The notes beneath the pieces were generated by a model that saw nothing but the letters and a program-made list of their open reading frames with translations, was not told the DNA's origin and searched no databases. 64,000 bases of DNA, from assembly GCA_016706685.1 (NCBI GenBank), contig JADJJE010000051.1:49667-113666 (forward strand), given 5' to 3'. This DNA comes from Sandaracinaceae bacterium. GTDB taxonomy: Bacteria; Myxococcota_A; Polyangia; Polyangiales; Houyiibacteriaceae. Position numbers and translations under genes: made by a program. Position 1 is the stretch's first letter, and each line of letters starts with the position of its first letter. Shown here piece by piece: positions 44,793 to 53,562 of the stretch.

Positions 44793-45915
44793 CGCGCGCT
44801 ACGACGTGTGGCTGCTGCGGGTCGACGACCCGGCCGGCGCGATGGACGCGCTCAGCGTGGCGCTGGCAGACCGGGTGCGCGCGCGCGAGGCGGTGATGTC
44901 CACACCCGCCATGCTGGTGCATGGCGCCACCGCCTCCGAGGTGGAGGCGCTGCGCGCGCAGCTCGCGCCGCACGGGGTCATGCTGGACGGGCGGCCTTCG
45001 CGGCGGGCGGCGGTGGCGGCCAACGTTCCCAGCAGCTCCGCGTCGCTAGCCTCCGGGGCTACCGCCTTGCCGTTCGCCACCGCCGGTGCAGCCCTCGCGA
45101 GCGACGCCGAGCTCGGCGTGGCCAAGGTGTCCTACCACGCGGCGCTCGTGGCCGCGCCCGCCTACGTGCTGCAGCCCACGGCGCTCTTGGCCATCGCGGT
45201 GCTCACGGTGCTCACGGTGGCGTCGTCGTTCGGCGCGCTGACCGGGTCCATCATGGTGGCGCTCGGCGCGCCGCTCGCGGTCTCCGGCCTGCGCTTCAGC
45301 GTGTTCGCGCTGATCGTGCGGCGCAGCCGAGCCGGGCAGACCGACCTGCGCCTCGGGGACGACGAGCAAGACCCCTTCGGGCTGCTGTTCGCGGGCGTGC
45401 GCTTCGTCTTCGTGACGCTCGCGGCGTTCGCGCCCTTCCTGCTGGTCAGCTGGTCGGCCATGCCCCAGGTGGTGGGCTACCTGCTGCCCTACGAGACGGG
45501 CGTGACCACCGCCGACTTCGTGCTGTCGGCGCTGCTGCTGTCGCTCACGTTCCTCTTCCCGCTGGTGGCGCTGCCCGGCGCCTACGCCGCCACGGCGCTC
45601 GGCACGGGTTGCTCGGGCGTGAACCCCATCGTCGGCTTGATCGTGGCGCGGCGCATCCCCGGGCCCTACTTCCTGACGCTGGGCTACCTGACGGCCTTCT
45701 GGTTCGCGAGCGCCGCGCTCATGAGCGGCGGCATGCTGGCCGTCTTCTCGAGCGCCGCCGCCTCGGCCGCGGGCAAGGACGGGGTCGCCGGCGCGCTCGT
45801 GTCGCTGGTGCTGGTCACGGGGGTCATGACGGTGATGGACGTGACCTCCACGCTCATCTCGGCGCGCGTGCTGGGCCTCTTGACGTTCCACTACCGCGAG
45901 GAGCTCGGGCTGTGA
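44767..45915 (+). CDS. polytopic membrane protein with a soluble N-terminal domain
   Basis: 382 aa. The first ~80 aa are soluble (YDVWLLRVDDPAGAMDALSVALADRV...ASEVEALRAQLAPHGVMLDG), followed by about 7 hydrophobic segments. Overlaps the upstream gene by 26 nt if this ATG is used. Confidence 0.65.
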   Translation: MASATPSSDARYDVWLLRVDDPAGAMDALSVALADRVRAREAVMSTPAMLVHGATASEVEALRAQLAPHGVMLDGRPSRRAAVAANVPSSSASLASGATALPFATAGAALASDAELGVAKVSYHAALVAAPAYVLQPTALLAIAVLTVLTVASSFGALTGSIMVALGAPLAVSGLRFSVFALIVRRSRAGQTDLRLGDDEQDPFGLLFAGVRFVFVTLAAFAPFLLVSWSAMPQVVGYLLPYETGVTTADFVLSALLLSLTFLFPLVALPGAYAATALGTGCSGVNPIVGLIVARRIPGPYFLTLGYLTAFWFASAALMSGGMLAVFSSAAASAAGKDGVAGALVSLVLVTGVMTVMDVTSTLISARVLGLLTFHYREELGL

Positions 45916-46547
45916 GCGATCCCTTCGACTACCGGGACCCAGCCGGGCTCGAGCTGGAGCTGGATCTCCCGGCCACACCCAGCCCGCGAGCCGCCGCCCG
46001 CCCTGCGCCACGGCCAGATGAGCTCCCCGGGTTGCCCGACGAATTCATGGAGCTGCCGGACGAGCTCACCGCGCCCTTTCCGGAGCCTGCCCCGGGACCG
46101 GTGGCCACCGAGGCGTGGTCGCTCGAGCTCGAGGACATCGCCCCGCCCCCCGCGACGCCCTCCATCGCCACTTCGCCCCGCGCTGCACCCGCGGCTCGCG
46201 CGGCGGCCACGCTGGCCCTGCCGCAGCCCCCGCGGCCACTCGAACCGCCGCCCGCGCGCACGCTCGAGCTGCGCATCGCCCAGTCGGTGGACCGCATGTC
46301 TCCCTTCGCGCGCGGGGGCCTGCTGGCGTTCACCATCGCCGCGATGCTGCTGCTCGCCACCACGGTGCTGATGGCCGGGGTGCGCAGCGCGCTCAGCACC
46401 ATGGAGGAGCTGCGCCAGGCGGGCGCGGCCGCGGCCCCGGTCCCCGCTCCGGCTGCTGCGGGCGAGCGCCGCGACCCCTACGAGGCCTACCGCGTGGACG
46501 ACGTGCTGGAGGTGGACGACGACGGGCGACACGTGCCGCCGCGCTGA
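45912..46547 (+). CDS. Pro/Ala-rich single-pass membrane protein
   Basis: GTG overlaps the upstream stop (GTGA). 211 aa with an acidic/Pro-rich N-terminal half and one TM (GGLLAFTIAAMLLLATTVLMAGV). No family recognised. Confidence 0.5.
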   Translation: MSDPFDYRDPAGLELELDLPATPSPRAAARPAPRPDELPGLPDEFMELPDELTAPFPEPAPGPVATEAWSLELEDIAPPPATPSIATSPRAAPAARAAATLALPQPPRPLEPPPARTLELRIAQSVDRMSPFARGGLLAFTIAAMLLLATTVLMAGVRSALSTMEELRQAGAAAAPVPAPAAAGERRDPYEAYRVDDVLEVDDDGRHVPPR

Positions 46548-46577
46548 TCGAGCCGAGCGGCAGGCCCAGCCCGCGGC

Positions 46578-48047
46578 TCAGTACCACATGCCCGCGCCGA
46601 TGCTGTAGCTCACGTAGTTGCGGGCGCCGTCGAACGTGAACGACAAGCGGAAGTCGAACGGGTCCATCAGCCCGAAGGCGTCCCAGCGAAAGAGCCGCAC
46701 GTCGCACCCGAACGTGGCGTGCAGGCGCGGCGCGAGCTCGTCGCTGCGGGCGGGCTCGAGATACAAGCCGCCGCGCACCTTGAGGCGGTTGGGCCACGGC
46801 TCGAGCTCGGTGCCCAGGCGGAACATGAACGACGCCGACTGCCGGCGGGTGCGGTGCTCTTGGTCGAAGAACGCGTCGAGCCCGATGGAGTCCGGCTTCG
46901 CTCTGCCGAGGAAGATGACGCTGGCCGTGAGCAGGTAGCGCTCGCGCGGCTCGTGGTCGGCCAGCCCGTGCAGGTGCCGCTCGAACGCGTCCTCGAGCTC
47001 GTCGATGCGGTCTTCGGCGGCGTCCAGCTCGGCCTCGCGGCGCTCGCGCTCGGCGGCACGGAATTCGGGGTCGCGCGCGCGCACGCGGAGACGCGGGCAG
47101 GAGAGGCCGCGCTCGGGCTCGGGCTGTTCGGCCGCGGCCAGCTCGCGGCGCACCTGCTCGAGCTCTCGCTCGCACTGCATCATCCGCAGCTCGCGCAGGA
47201 TGGGGCCCTCCACGTCCTTCACTTCGAAGTTGCGCGCGTTCAGCCGGCGGGGCCCGAACTGATAGGCCGCCCCCAGGCGCAGCTCGAAGGGGTTGTGGAA
47301 CCCACTCGGGCGAGGCACCTGCGGCTGCGTGCCGCCCATGGACGATGCGTCGGCGTCCACCCGCGAGTGCACCGGGGTGGCGATGGCCGCGCCCACGCGA
47401 TACGGCCGGTCGGCGGGCATGTAGATGGCGCCCACCTCCACGCCGAAGCCCACGAACGAGAAGAGGTCCAGCGTCAGCGTGTCGCCCATCTCCGTGGACG
47501 CGGAGAGCGTGGCCTGCAGCGTTCGGAGGCCTGCGCCCACCACCAGCTCTCCGTTCCTGAGCGACCACCCGCCGCCCACGTGCGAGCGCGTGGCCAACAC
47601 CGAGACCGAACGCCCGTCGATCTGGGCGTTGTACGTCTCGAGGTGGATGTAGCCGCCGATGCCCACCGGGCCGAACTGCAAGCGCAGGCCCACGTCGAGC
47701 GACAGCTGGCTGCTGACGGCCAGGCCCCCCTGGCCGCTGTTGAAGACGTCGTTGTCGCTGGTGCCGAACGAGATGCTGGGCGACAGCTCCCACTCGAAGA
47801 AGTGGTGCTCGCGCGCGTTGCGCACCGCGTACGCCGCGGGGTTGAAGGGCACGCCGTCGATGCCCTCGGCGAGAGCCACGAAGGCGCCGCCCATGCTGAC
47901 CACGCGGCCCGAGCCGAGCACCGGGATCTCCACGAGGTCCAGCGAGTAGCCCTCGTCCACCAGCTGCGCGCGCGCCGCGGGCGGTGCCACGAGCGCGCCG
48001 AAGAGGCACAGGCCGGCGATCAGTCGCGTCGTCTTCTGCAACGGCAT
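46578..48047 (-). CDS. outer-membrane beta-barrel protein with an internal charged insert
   Basis: 489 aa with signal peptide MPLQKTTRLIAGLCLFGALVAPPAARA-Q. Alternating beta-strand-like segments and a C-terminal aromatic end (...YSIGAGMWY). Residues ~270-370 are a highly charged helical-looking insert. Confidence 0.7.
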   Translation of the reverse strand: MPLQKTTRLIAGLCLFGALVAPPAARAQLVDEGYSLDLVEIPVLGSGRVVSMGGAFVALAEGIDGVPFNPAAYAVRNAREHHFFEWELSPSISFGTSDNDVFNSGQGGLAVSSQLSLDVGLRLQFGPVGIGGYIHLETYNAQIDGRSVSVLATRSHVGGGWSLRNGELVVGAGLRTLQATLSASTEMGDTLTLDLFSFVGFGVEVGAIYMPADRPYRVGAAIATPVHSRVDADASSMGGTQPQVPRPSGFHNPFELRLGAAYQFGPRRLNARNFEVKDVEGPILRELRMMQCERELEQVRRELAAAEQPEPERGLSCPRLRVRARDPEFRAAERERREAELDAAEDRIDELEDAFERHLHGLADHEPRERYLLTASVIFLGRAKPDSIGLDAFFDQEHRTRRQSASFMFRLGTELEPWPNRLKVRGGLYLEPARSDELAPRLHATFGCDVRLFRWDAFGLMDPFDFRLSFTFDGARNYVSYSIGAGMWY

Positions 48048-48078
48048 GGAACGGGGGCCAGGCTACCCGAAGTTGCGC

Positions 48079-48429
48079 TCAGTGCAGCTCACATTGGTGA
48101 CCCGGCACCACCTCACGCGCGGGCGAGCCGATGCGCGTGACCACGCTTCCGGTCTCCCCGGCAGGCACCACCAGGCGATGCCGCGGCGTGGGGTCGGCCG
48201 TGGTCCACACCTCGCAGCGCGCCTCGCGCCGGCAGCCGTTCACGACGATCACCGCGTGGGCATAGCCATAGGCCTGCATGCGCGCCTCGCCGCGGACCGT
48301 CAGGCAGTCGGCACCCTCGGGGGCCTCGGCCACGGCGCGCTGGCTGCCGCCTAGGGAGGCCCCCGCGATGAGCCCCGCGACCGCCAGGATGCCAGCGCCG
48401 ATGGTGCGGCCGTGCCTCGAGTTGTGCAT
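48079..48429 (-). CDS. small secreted Cys-containing hypothetical protein
   Basis: 116 aa with a signal-like segment (GAGILAVAGLIAGASLGG) and four Cys in the mature part. Lies 31 nt downstream of the barrel gene on the same strand. Confidence 0.45.
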   Translation of the reverse strand: MHNSRHGRTIGAGILAVAGLIAGASLGGSQRAVAEAPEGADCLTVRGEARMQAYGYAHAVIVVNGCRREARCEVWTTADPTPRHRLVVPAGETGSVVTRIGSPAREVVPGHQCELH

Positions 48430-48483
48430 GGGGACAGCATGTCCTGAATGGACACCCGCAGCCAGCCTGGTAGCGTAGCCGCC

Positions 48484-49452
48484 ATGTCACGCCCGCTGCG
48501 CATCCTCTCGGTCCTCTCCCTGTCGCTCCTGCTCACCGGACTCGCCTCGTGCGGTGGCGGTGGCGGTGGAAGCACCGTGGGGGCCGAGGGCTCGGTGCCG
48601 GTCCTGCAGCTGGTGCATCCCAACACGCCCATGGCGTTGCACGTGAACATGGATGGGCTGCGGCGCTCGCCCTACTACCAGGAGCTGCGGGACATGGACA
48701 GCGCGCTGTCCGAGCGCGAGCGACAGAACGTGGGCAAGCTGTTCCAGCTGCTGGACCGCTCGGACCACTTCGTGGTGGGCTTCGATCCCTTCGGCTCCGG
48801 TCCGGATGACACGCTCATCGCGCTGCGGGGGGCTTTCGAGTCGAGCCACCTCGATGTGCTCGACGAGTTCGACGAGCTGGCAACGCACCGCGAGCACGCG
48901 CTCCGCGGCCGCGGCAGCGAATGGACCGTGATCCCCAACGCGGACACGCTCCTGTTCGGGCAGCTGGAGCAGGTGCACGACGGGCTCGACCGGCTGGACG
49001 GCATCTATCCCGCGTCGGGCCCCACCCGCCCCGGCTTTGCCGAAGCGGCCGCGCTCTGCGAGCTGGGCCAGCACGACGTCGGTGCCGTGTGGGTCTTTAC
49101 CGACGAGATGCGGGCAGGTCTCGGCGAGGGTCACGTGGAGCACGTGCTGCATGAGAACGGCGTGAGCGCGGGCATGTCGGTCGACCTGCGAGACGGCGTG
49201 CACTTCCGGGGCTTCGTGACCACCAACGACACAGCCGCCGTCCCCGTGCTCGCGCACGCCCTGCAAGAGGCCCTGGGCGAGCTGCCGAGCGAGCCGGTGA
49301 TGGTGGCGCTGGGCCTGACCGCCATCCTGGAACAGGTGCAGATCACCGAGGAAGGCACCACTCTCCGCGTGGAGCTGCGCGCCACGGACGACCAGGTGCG
49401 AGGGGTGATCTCCAATTTCCAGCAGTTCCTGCAGTCCAGCCCCCAGAACTGA
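48484..49452 (+). CDS. hypothetical lipoprotein (tandem paralog 1)
   Basis: ATG at 48484: MSRPLRILSVLSLSLLLTGLAS-CGGGGGGS (lipobox plus Gly linker). Aligns over its full length with 49504-50463. Confidence 0.7.
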   Translation: MSRPLRILSVLSLSLLLTGLASCGGGGGGSTVGAEGSVPVLQLVHPNTPMALHVNMDGLRRSPYYQELRDMDSALSERERQNVGKLFQLLDRSDHFVVGFDPFGSGPDDTLIALRGAFESSHLDVLDEFDELATHREHALRGRGSEWTVIPNADTLLFGQLEQVHDGLDRLDGIYPASGPTRPGFAEAAALCELGQHDVGAVWVFTDEMRAGLGEGHVEHVLHENGVSAGMSVDLRDGVHFRGFVTTNDTAAVPVLAHALQEALGELPSEPVMVALGLTAILEQVQITEEGTTLRVELRATDDQVRGVISNFQQFLQSSPQN

Positions 49453-49503
49453 AGGGCCAACTCCCCCATGCAGGGGCCGGGTGGGGCTGATATCTTCCCG
49501 GCC

Positions 49504-50463
49504 ATGTCACCTCGCCTTCGAACGCTCGCGCTGCTCTCGCTCTCCCTCCTGGTCGCCTCGGTCGCCTCTTGCGGCGGCGGCGGAGGGGGTGGCCAAGCCG
49601 AGGCCGGCCCCGTCTCCCTGGTCCACCTGCTGGACGCCGACACGCCCATCGTGGCGCACGTGGACATGGACGGGCTGCGCCAGTCGCCCTACTACGCGCT
49701 GGTTCGCGACGCGATCATGGCCACGCTGGGTGAGAGCGACCGGGCCGAGCTCACCAACGTGCTCCAGCTGCTGGACCGCACGGACCACATCGTGGTGGGC
49801 GCCAACCCCACCCAGGAGCAGGGCGTCATCCTGCTCCGCGGCGCGTTCGAGCCCAGCCACATCGAGCTGGTGCAGCCGCCCGATGGTCACTTCACGCACC
49901 GTCAGCACGCGCTGCGCGGCAACGCGGACTCGCGCGGCGTGGTCACGGCGGACACCATGATCCTGGGGGCCACCGAGCCCGTTCTCCGCGCCCTCGACCG
50001 CTTGGACGGTCTGCTCCCCGCGACCGGCCCCACGCTCGCGGGGTTCCCGGAAGCGGCGGGGCGTGCCCACCTGGGCGAGCGCGACGTGAGCGTGGTGGTG
50101 CTGCTGACCGAGGAAATCCGCCGCGGCTTCGGCCAGGGCGACGTGGAGCAGCAGCTCCAGCAGAGCGGCCTCAGCGCGGGTGCCTCGCTGGACGCGCGCA
50201 ACGGCATCCGCCTGAGCGGCTTCTTCACGGCCAGCACCGAGGGCGCCGTGCAGGTGCTCGCGGGCCAGCTGCGCGAGGCGCTCAGCGAGGCGCAGGGCGA
50301 CATGACGCTGGCCATGCTGGGCCTGAGCGTCCTGCTCCAGCAGATCGAGATCACCGAGCGCGGGACCGACCTGCTGGTGGAGTTCCGCCTGGACGACCAG
50401 CAGGTGCGCGACGTGCTCGAGCGTTTCGGGCCGCTGCTGCAGGCGTTCCTGACCGCGCTCTGA
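49504..50463 (+). CDS. hypothetical lipoprotein (tandem paralog 2)
   Basis: ATG at 49504: MSPRLRTLALLSLSLLVASVAS-CGGGGGGG. Shares HV.MDGLR.SPYY, LQLLDR.DH.VVG, LRGAFE.SH, HALRG, LDRLDG..PA.GPT..GF.EAA, SAG.S.D.R.G and L.Q..ITE.GT.L.VE.R..D.QVR.V with its neighbour. Confidence 0.7.
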   Translation: MSPRLRTLALLSLSLLVASVASCGGGGGGGQAEAGPVSLVHLLDADTPIVAHVDMDGLRQSPYYALVRDAIMATLGESDRAELTNVLQLLDRTDHIVVGANPTQEQGVILLRGAFEPSHIELVQPPDGHFTHRQHALRGNADSRGVVTADTMILGATEPVLRALDRLDGLLPATGPTLAGFPEAAGRAHLGERDVSVVVLLTEEIRRGFGQGDVEQQLQQSGLSAGASLDARNGIRLSGFFTASTEGAVQVLAGQLREALSEAQGDMTLAMLGLSVLLQQIEITERGTDLLVEFRLDDQQVRDVLERFGPLLQAFLTAL

Positions 50464-50541
50464 GCTCGGCCGAGGCGAGGCCAGCGGCGTGATCGTCACG
50501 AGCGCTGGCCCGCGCCGCTCGCGCGCGCCATATACCCGCCG

Positions 50542-51256
50542 ATGGCCACCCGAAAGTCCCCCCCCAGCAAGGCCGCGCCCGTCGTTCGACGGTCGAGAGA
50601 CGACCGCAAGCGGCTGCCCGCCGACCTCGAGGCGTTCGCGCGTGGCGATGAGGGGCGCTACCGGCCGGAGCGGCCCGACCGCCCTCGCCTGCAGGACCCT
50701 CGCCCCAGCGCCACCATCGCGGGCGTGCGCAACCTGGACGCACGCGACTTCCACGACCGGCGCGTGGAGACCATGGAGGCGCTGCTGCCCTCGCTCTCGG
50801 ACGAGAGCGCCTCGGCGGCCGACGACCGTGACCACCTCGGCCGCTTGTTGGCCGAGGCCATCCTGACCGGGCAACACCGGGGGCGCAGCTTCGTGAGCTT
50901 CGATGCCTTCGTGGACGTGGCGCTCGGCATCGCGCCCGCCCGTGCCCGTGAGCTGGCCAAGCGCGGGGTGGTGCAGCTGGGTCTCGGCGTGGATCAGCTC
51001 CGCCAGCTCTCCGACGAGACCGTGGCGGTGTTCGTGCGCTGCGAGACGGCGCTCACCGACAAGGAGCTGCCTGGCAAGGTCAGCATCGTCATCGACGGCA
51101 ACGGCACCGAGCGCATCCGCGTGGAGGTGGACAGTAACCGCGCGGCGCAGGTGCTCTACGCCGTGGGCGGGCGCCTCAGCCAGCTGGCCGCCGACCAGGA
51201 CAACAAGGGCGGCGGCCCGCCCAAGGACTACAAGGACAAGGGCGGCGCGCCCAGCC

Positions 51257-51282
<26 letters not shown>
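50542..51282 (+). CDS. hypothetical protein (basic N-terminus)
   Basis: 246-aa ORF with no domain recognised. The 3' end overlaps the convergent gene by 26 nt. Confidence 0.4.
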
Positions 51283-52420
<1,138 letters not shown>

Positions 52421-52466
52421 GGGCCGCGAACGTAGCACGCGGCGGGGCAACGCCGCAGTGTCAGCG

Positions 52467-53444
52467 TCAGTGTGTGGCGAAGACGTCGGCGAGTTCGGTG
52501 GCGAGCATCACGCGCTGCGCCAGCCGCTGCAGCTCCCGCACCTCGGCGGCCTCGATGCGCGCGTGGTACGAGGCATCGAGCTCCCCGAAGCGCTGCGCGA
52601 GCAAGACGCGCAGCGTGTCGCGCAGCGCGCCGAGGCCTTCTTGACGGCCTTGCTGTAGACCTTGCTGTAGGCCTTCTTGCCGGAGTTGATCTGCGATGGT
52701 TGCCAAAGGAGCCTCCGCGGCGGGGATGTGTTCGAGGATGGCCTGGCGGACCGCTTCGTATGAGTGTGGGCCCACCGTGAGGAGAATGTAGCGCACAAAG
52801 ACGCGTGCTTCATCGGGGAAGTCCACGAGCACGCGCGCGAAGACGGCGCGCCACGCAACGATGCGGGCCAGCAGGGCAGTGAGGTCTCGGCCGTCCCGCA
52901 GCAGCCACAACGCCACCTGCGGTACCGGGGCGAGCGGCCGCGCGAACAGGTCCTGGTCCGACACGAAGACCAGGTCCTCGATGCGAAGCTCGAGGTTGGG
53001 AACGAACGGGCGCAGCTCGGGGAACTGGTCGAGGCCCTCGACCATCTCGTGGAGGCTGCGGGGTGCGGTCCAGCCGGACGGCCCGTGGTGCACGACCAGG
53101 GTCATCACGGGTGGAAGGGTCTTTCGGTCGGGCTGCTCGCGGAGGATCGAGGCCCACACGAGCTGTGTGTACTCGAGCACGCGCAGGGGCATGAGCGGGT
53201 GCGGCCAGCTCTGGTGCTCGATGATGATGTGCAGGTAGATCAGCTTGTCGCCGAGCGGTACCCGGAAGAGCAGGTCGCTGTGGCGGTGCGCCATGCTGGG
53301 GCTGACGAAGCTGCCAGGAATGAGCTCGAGCCGGGTCAGGTCGAGCGCCGCCACCAGGGCCGCCGGCAGGACGCTGCGGAGCATGTCGGCGGCGTGTGTG
53401 GGCACCCCGAAGATGCGCTTGAAGAGGCCGTCGTGGTCACCCAT
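52467..53444 (-). CDS. Rpn-family recombination-promoting nuclease / putative transposase (PD-(D/E)XK) with a DUF4351-like tail
   Basis: ATG at 53444; 325 aa. MGDHDGLFKRIFG.P.HAADMLRSVLP..., ...HRHSDLLFRV..GDKLIYLHIIIEHQS..., and a C-terminal ...GRQEGLGALRDTLRVLLAQRFGELD...RI..A....L.....RV..A..L..VF. The rest of the 52467-55625 ORF is antisense to addB. Confidence 0.8.
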   Translation of the reverse strand: MGDHDGLFKRIFGVPTHAADMLRSVLPAALVAALDLTRLELIPGSFVSPSMAHRHSDLLFRVPLGDKLIYLHIIIEHQSWPHPLMPLRVLEYTQLVWASILREQPDRKTLPPVMTLVVHHGPSGWTAPRSLHEMVEGLDQFPELRPFVPNLELRIEDLVFVSDQDLFARPLAPVPQVALWLLRDGRDLTALLARIVAWRAVFARVLVDFPDEARVFVRYILLTVGPHSYEAVRQAILEHIPAAEAPLATIADQLRQEGLQQGLQQGRQEGLGALRDTLRVLLAQRFGELDASYHARIEAAEVRELQRLAQRVMLATELADVFATH

Positions 53445-53562
53445 GGGGACGCTCGCGGGGGTCGGTGGTGTGGAGGGGGTGGTGTGGCATCGGGGCTCCG
53501 TTCGGCAGCCGTTGTCGGACGGGTGCACCACGGGTTGCTTCGATGTGCGATAGTCGCCGCGC

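Noticed and set aside
48541-49600. GGC/GGT/GGA runs after both lipoprotein signal peptides (around 48550 and 49570), considered as possible slippage or phase-variation tracts.
   Set aside because: They are mixed Gly codons, not a homopolymer or a perfect short tandem repeat. They encode the flexible Gly linker that commonly follows a lipobox Cys.
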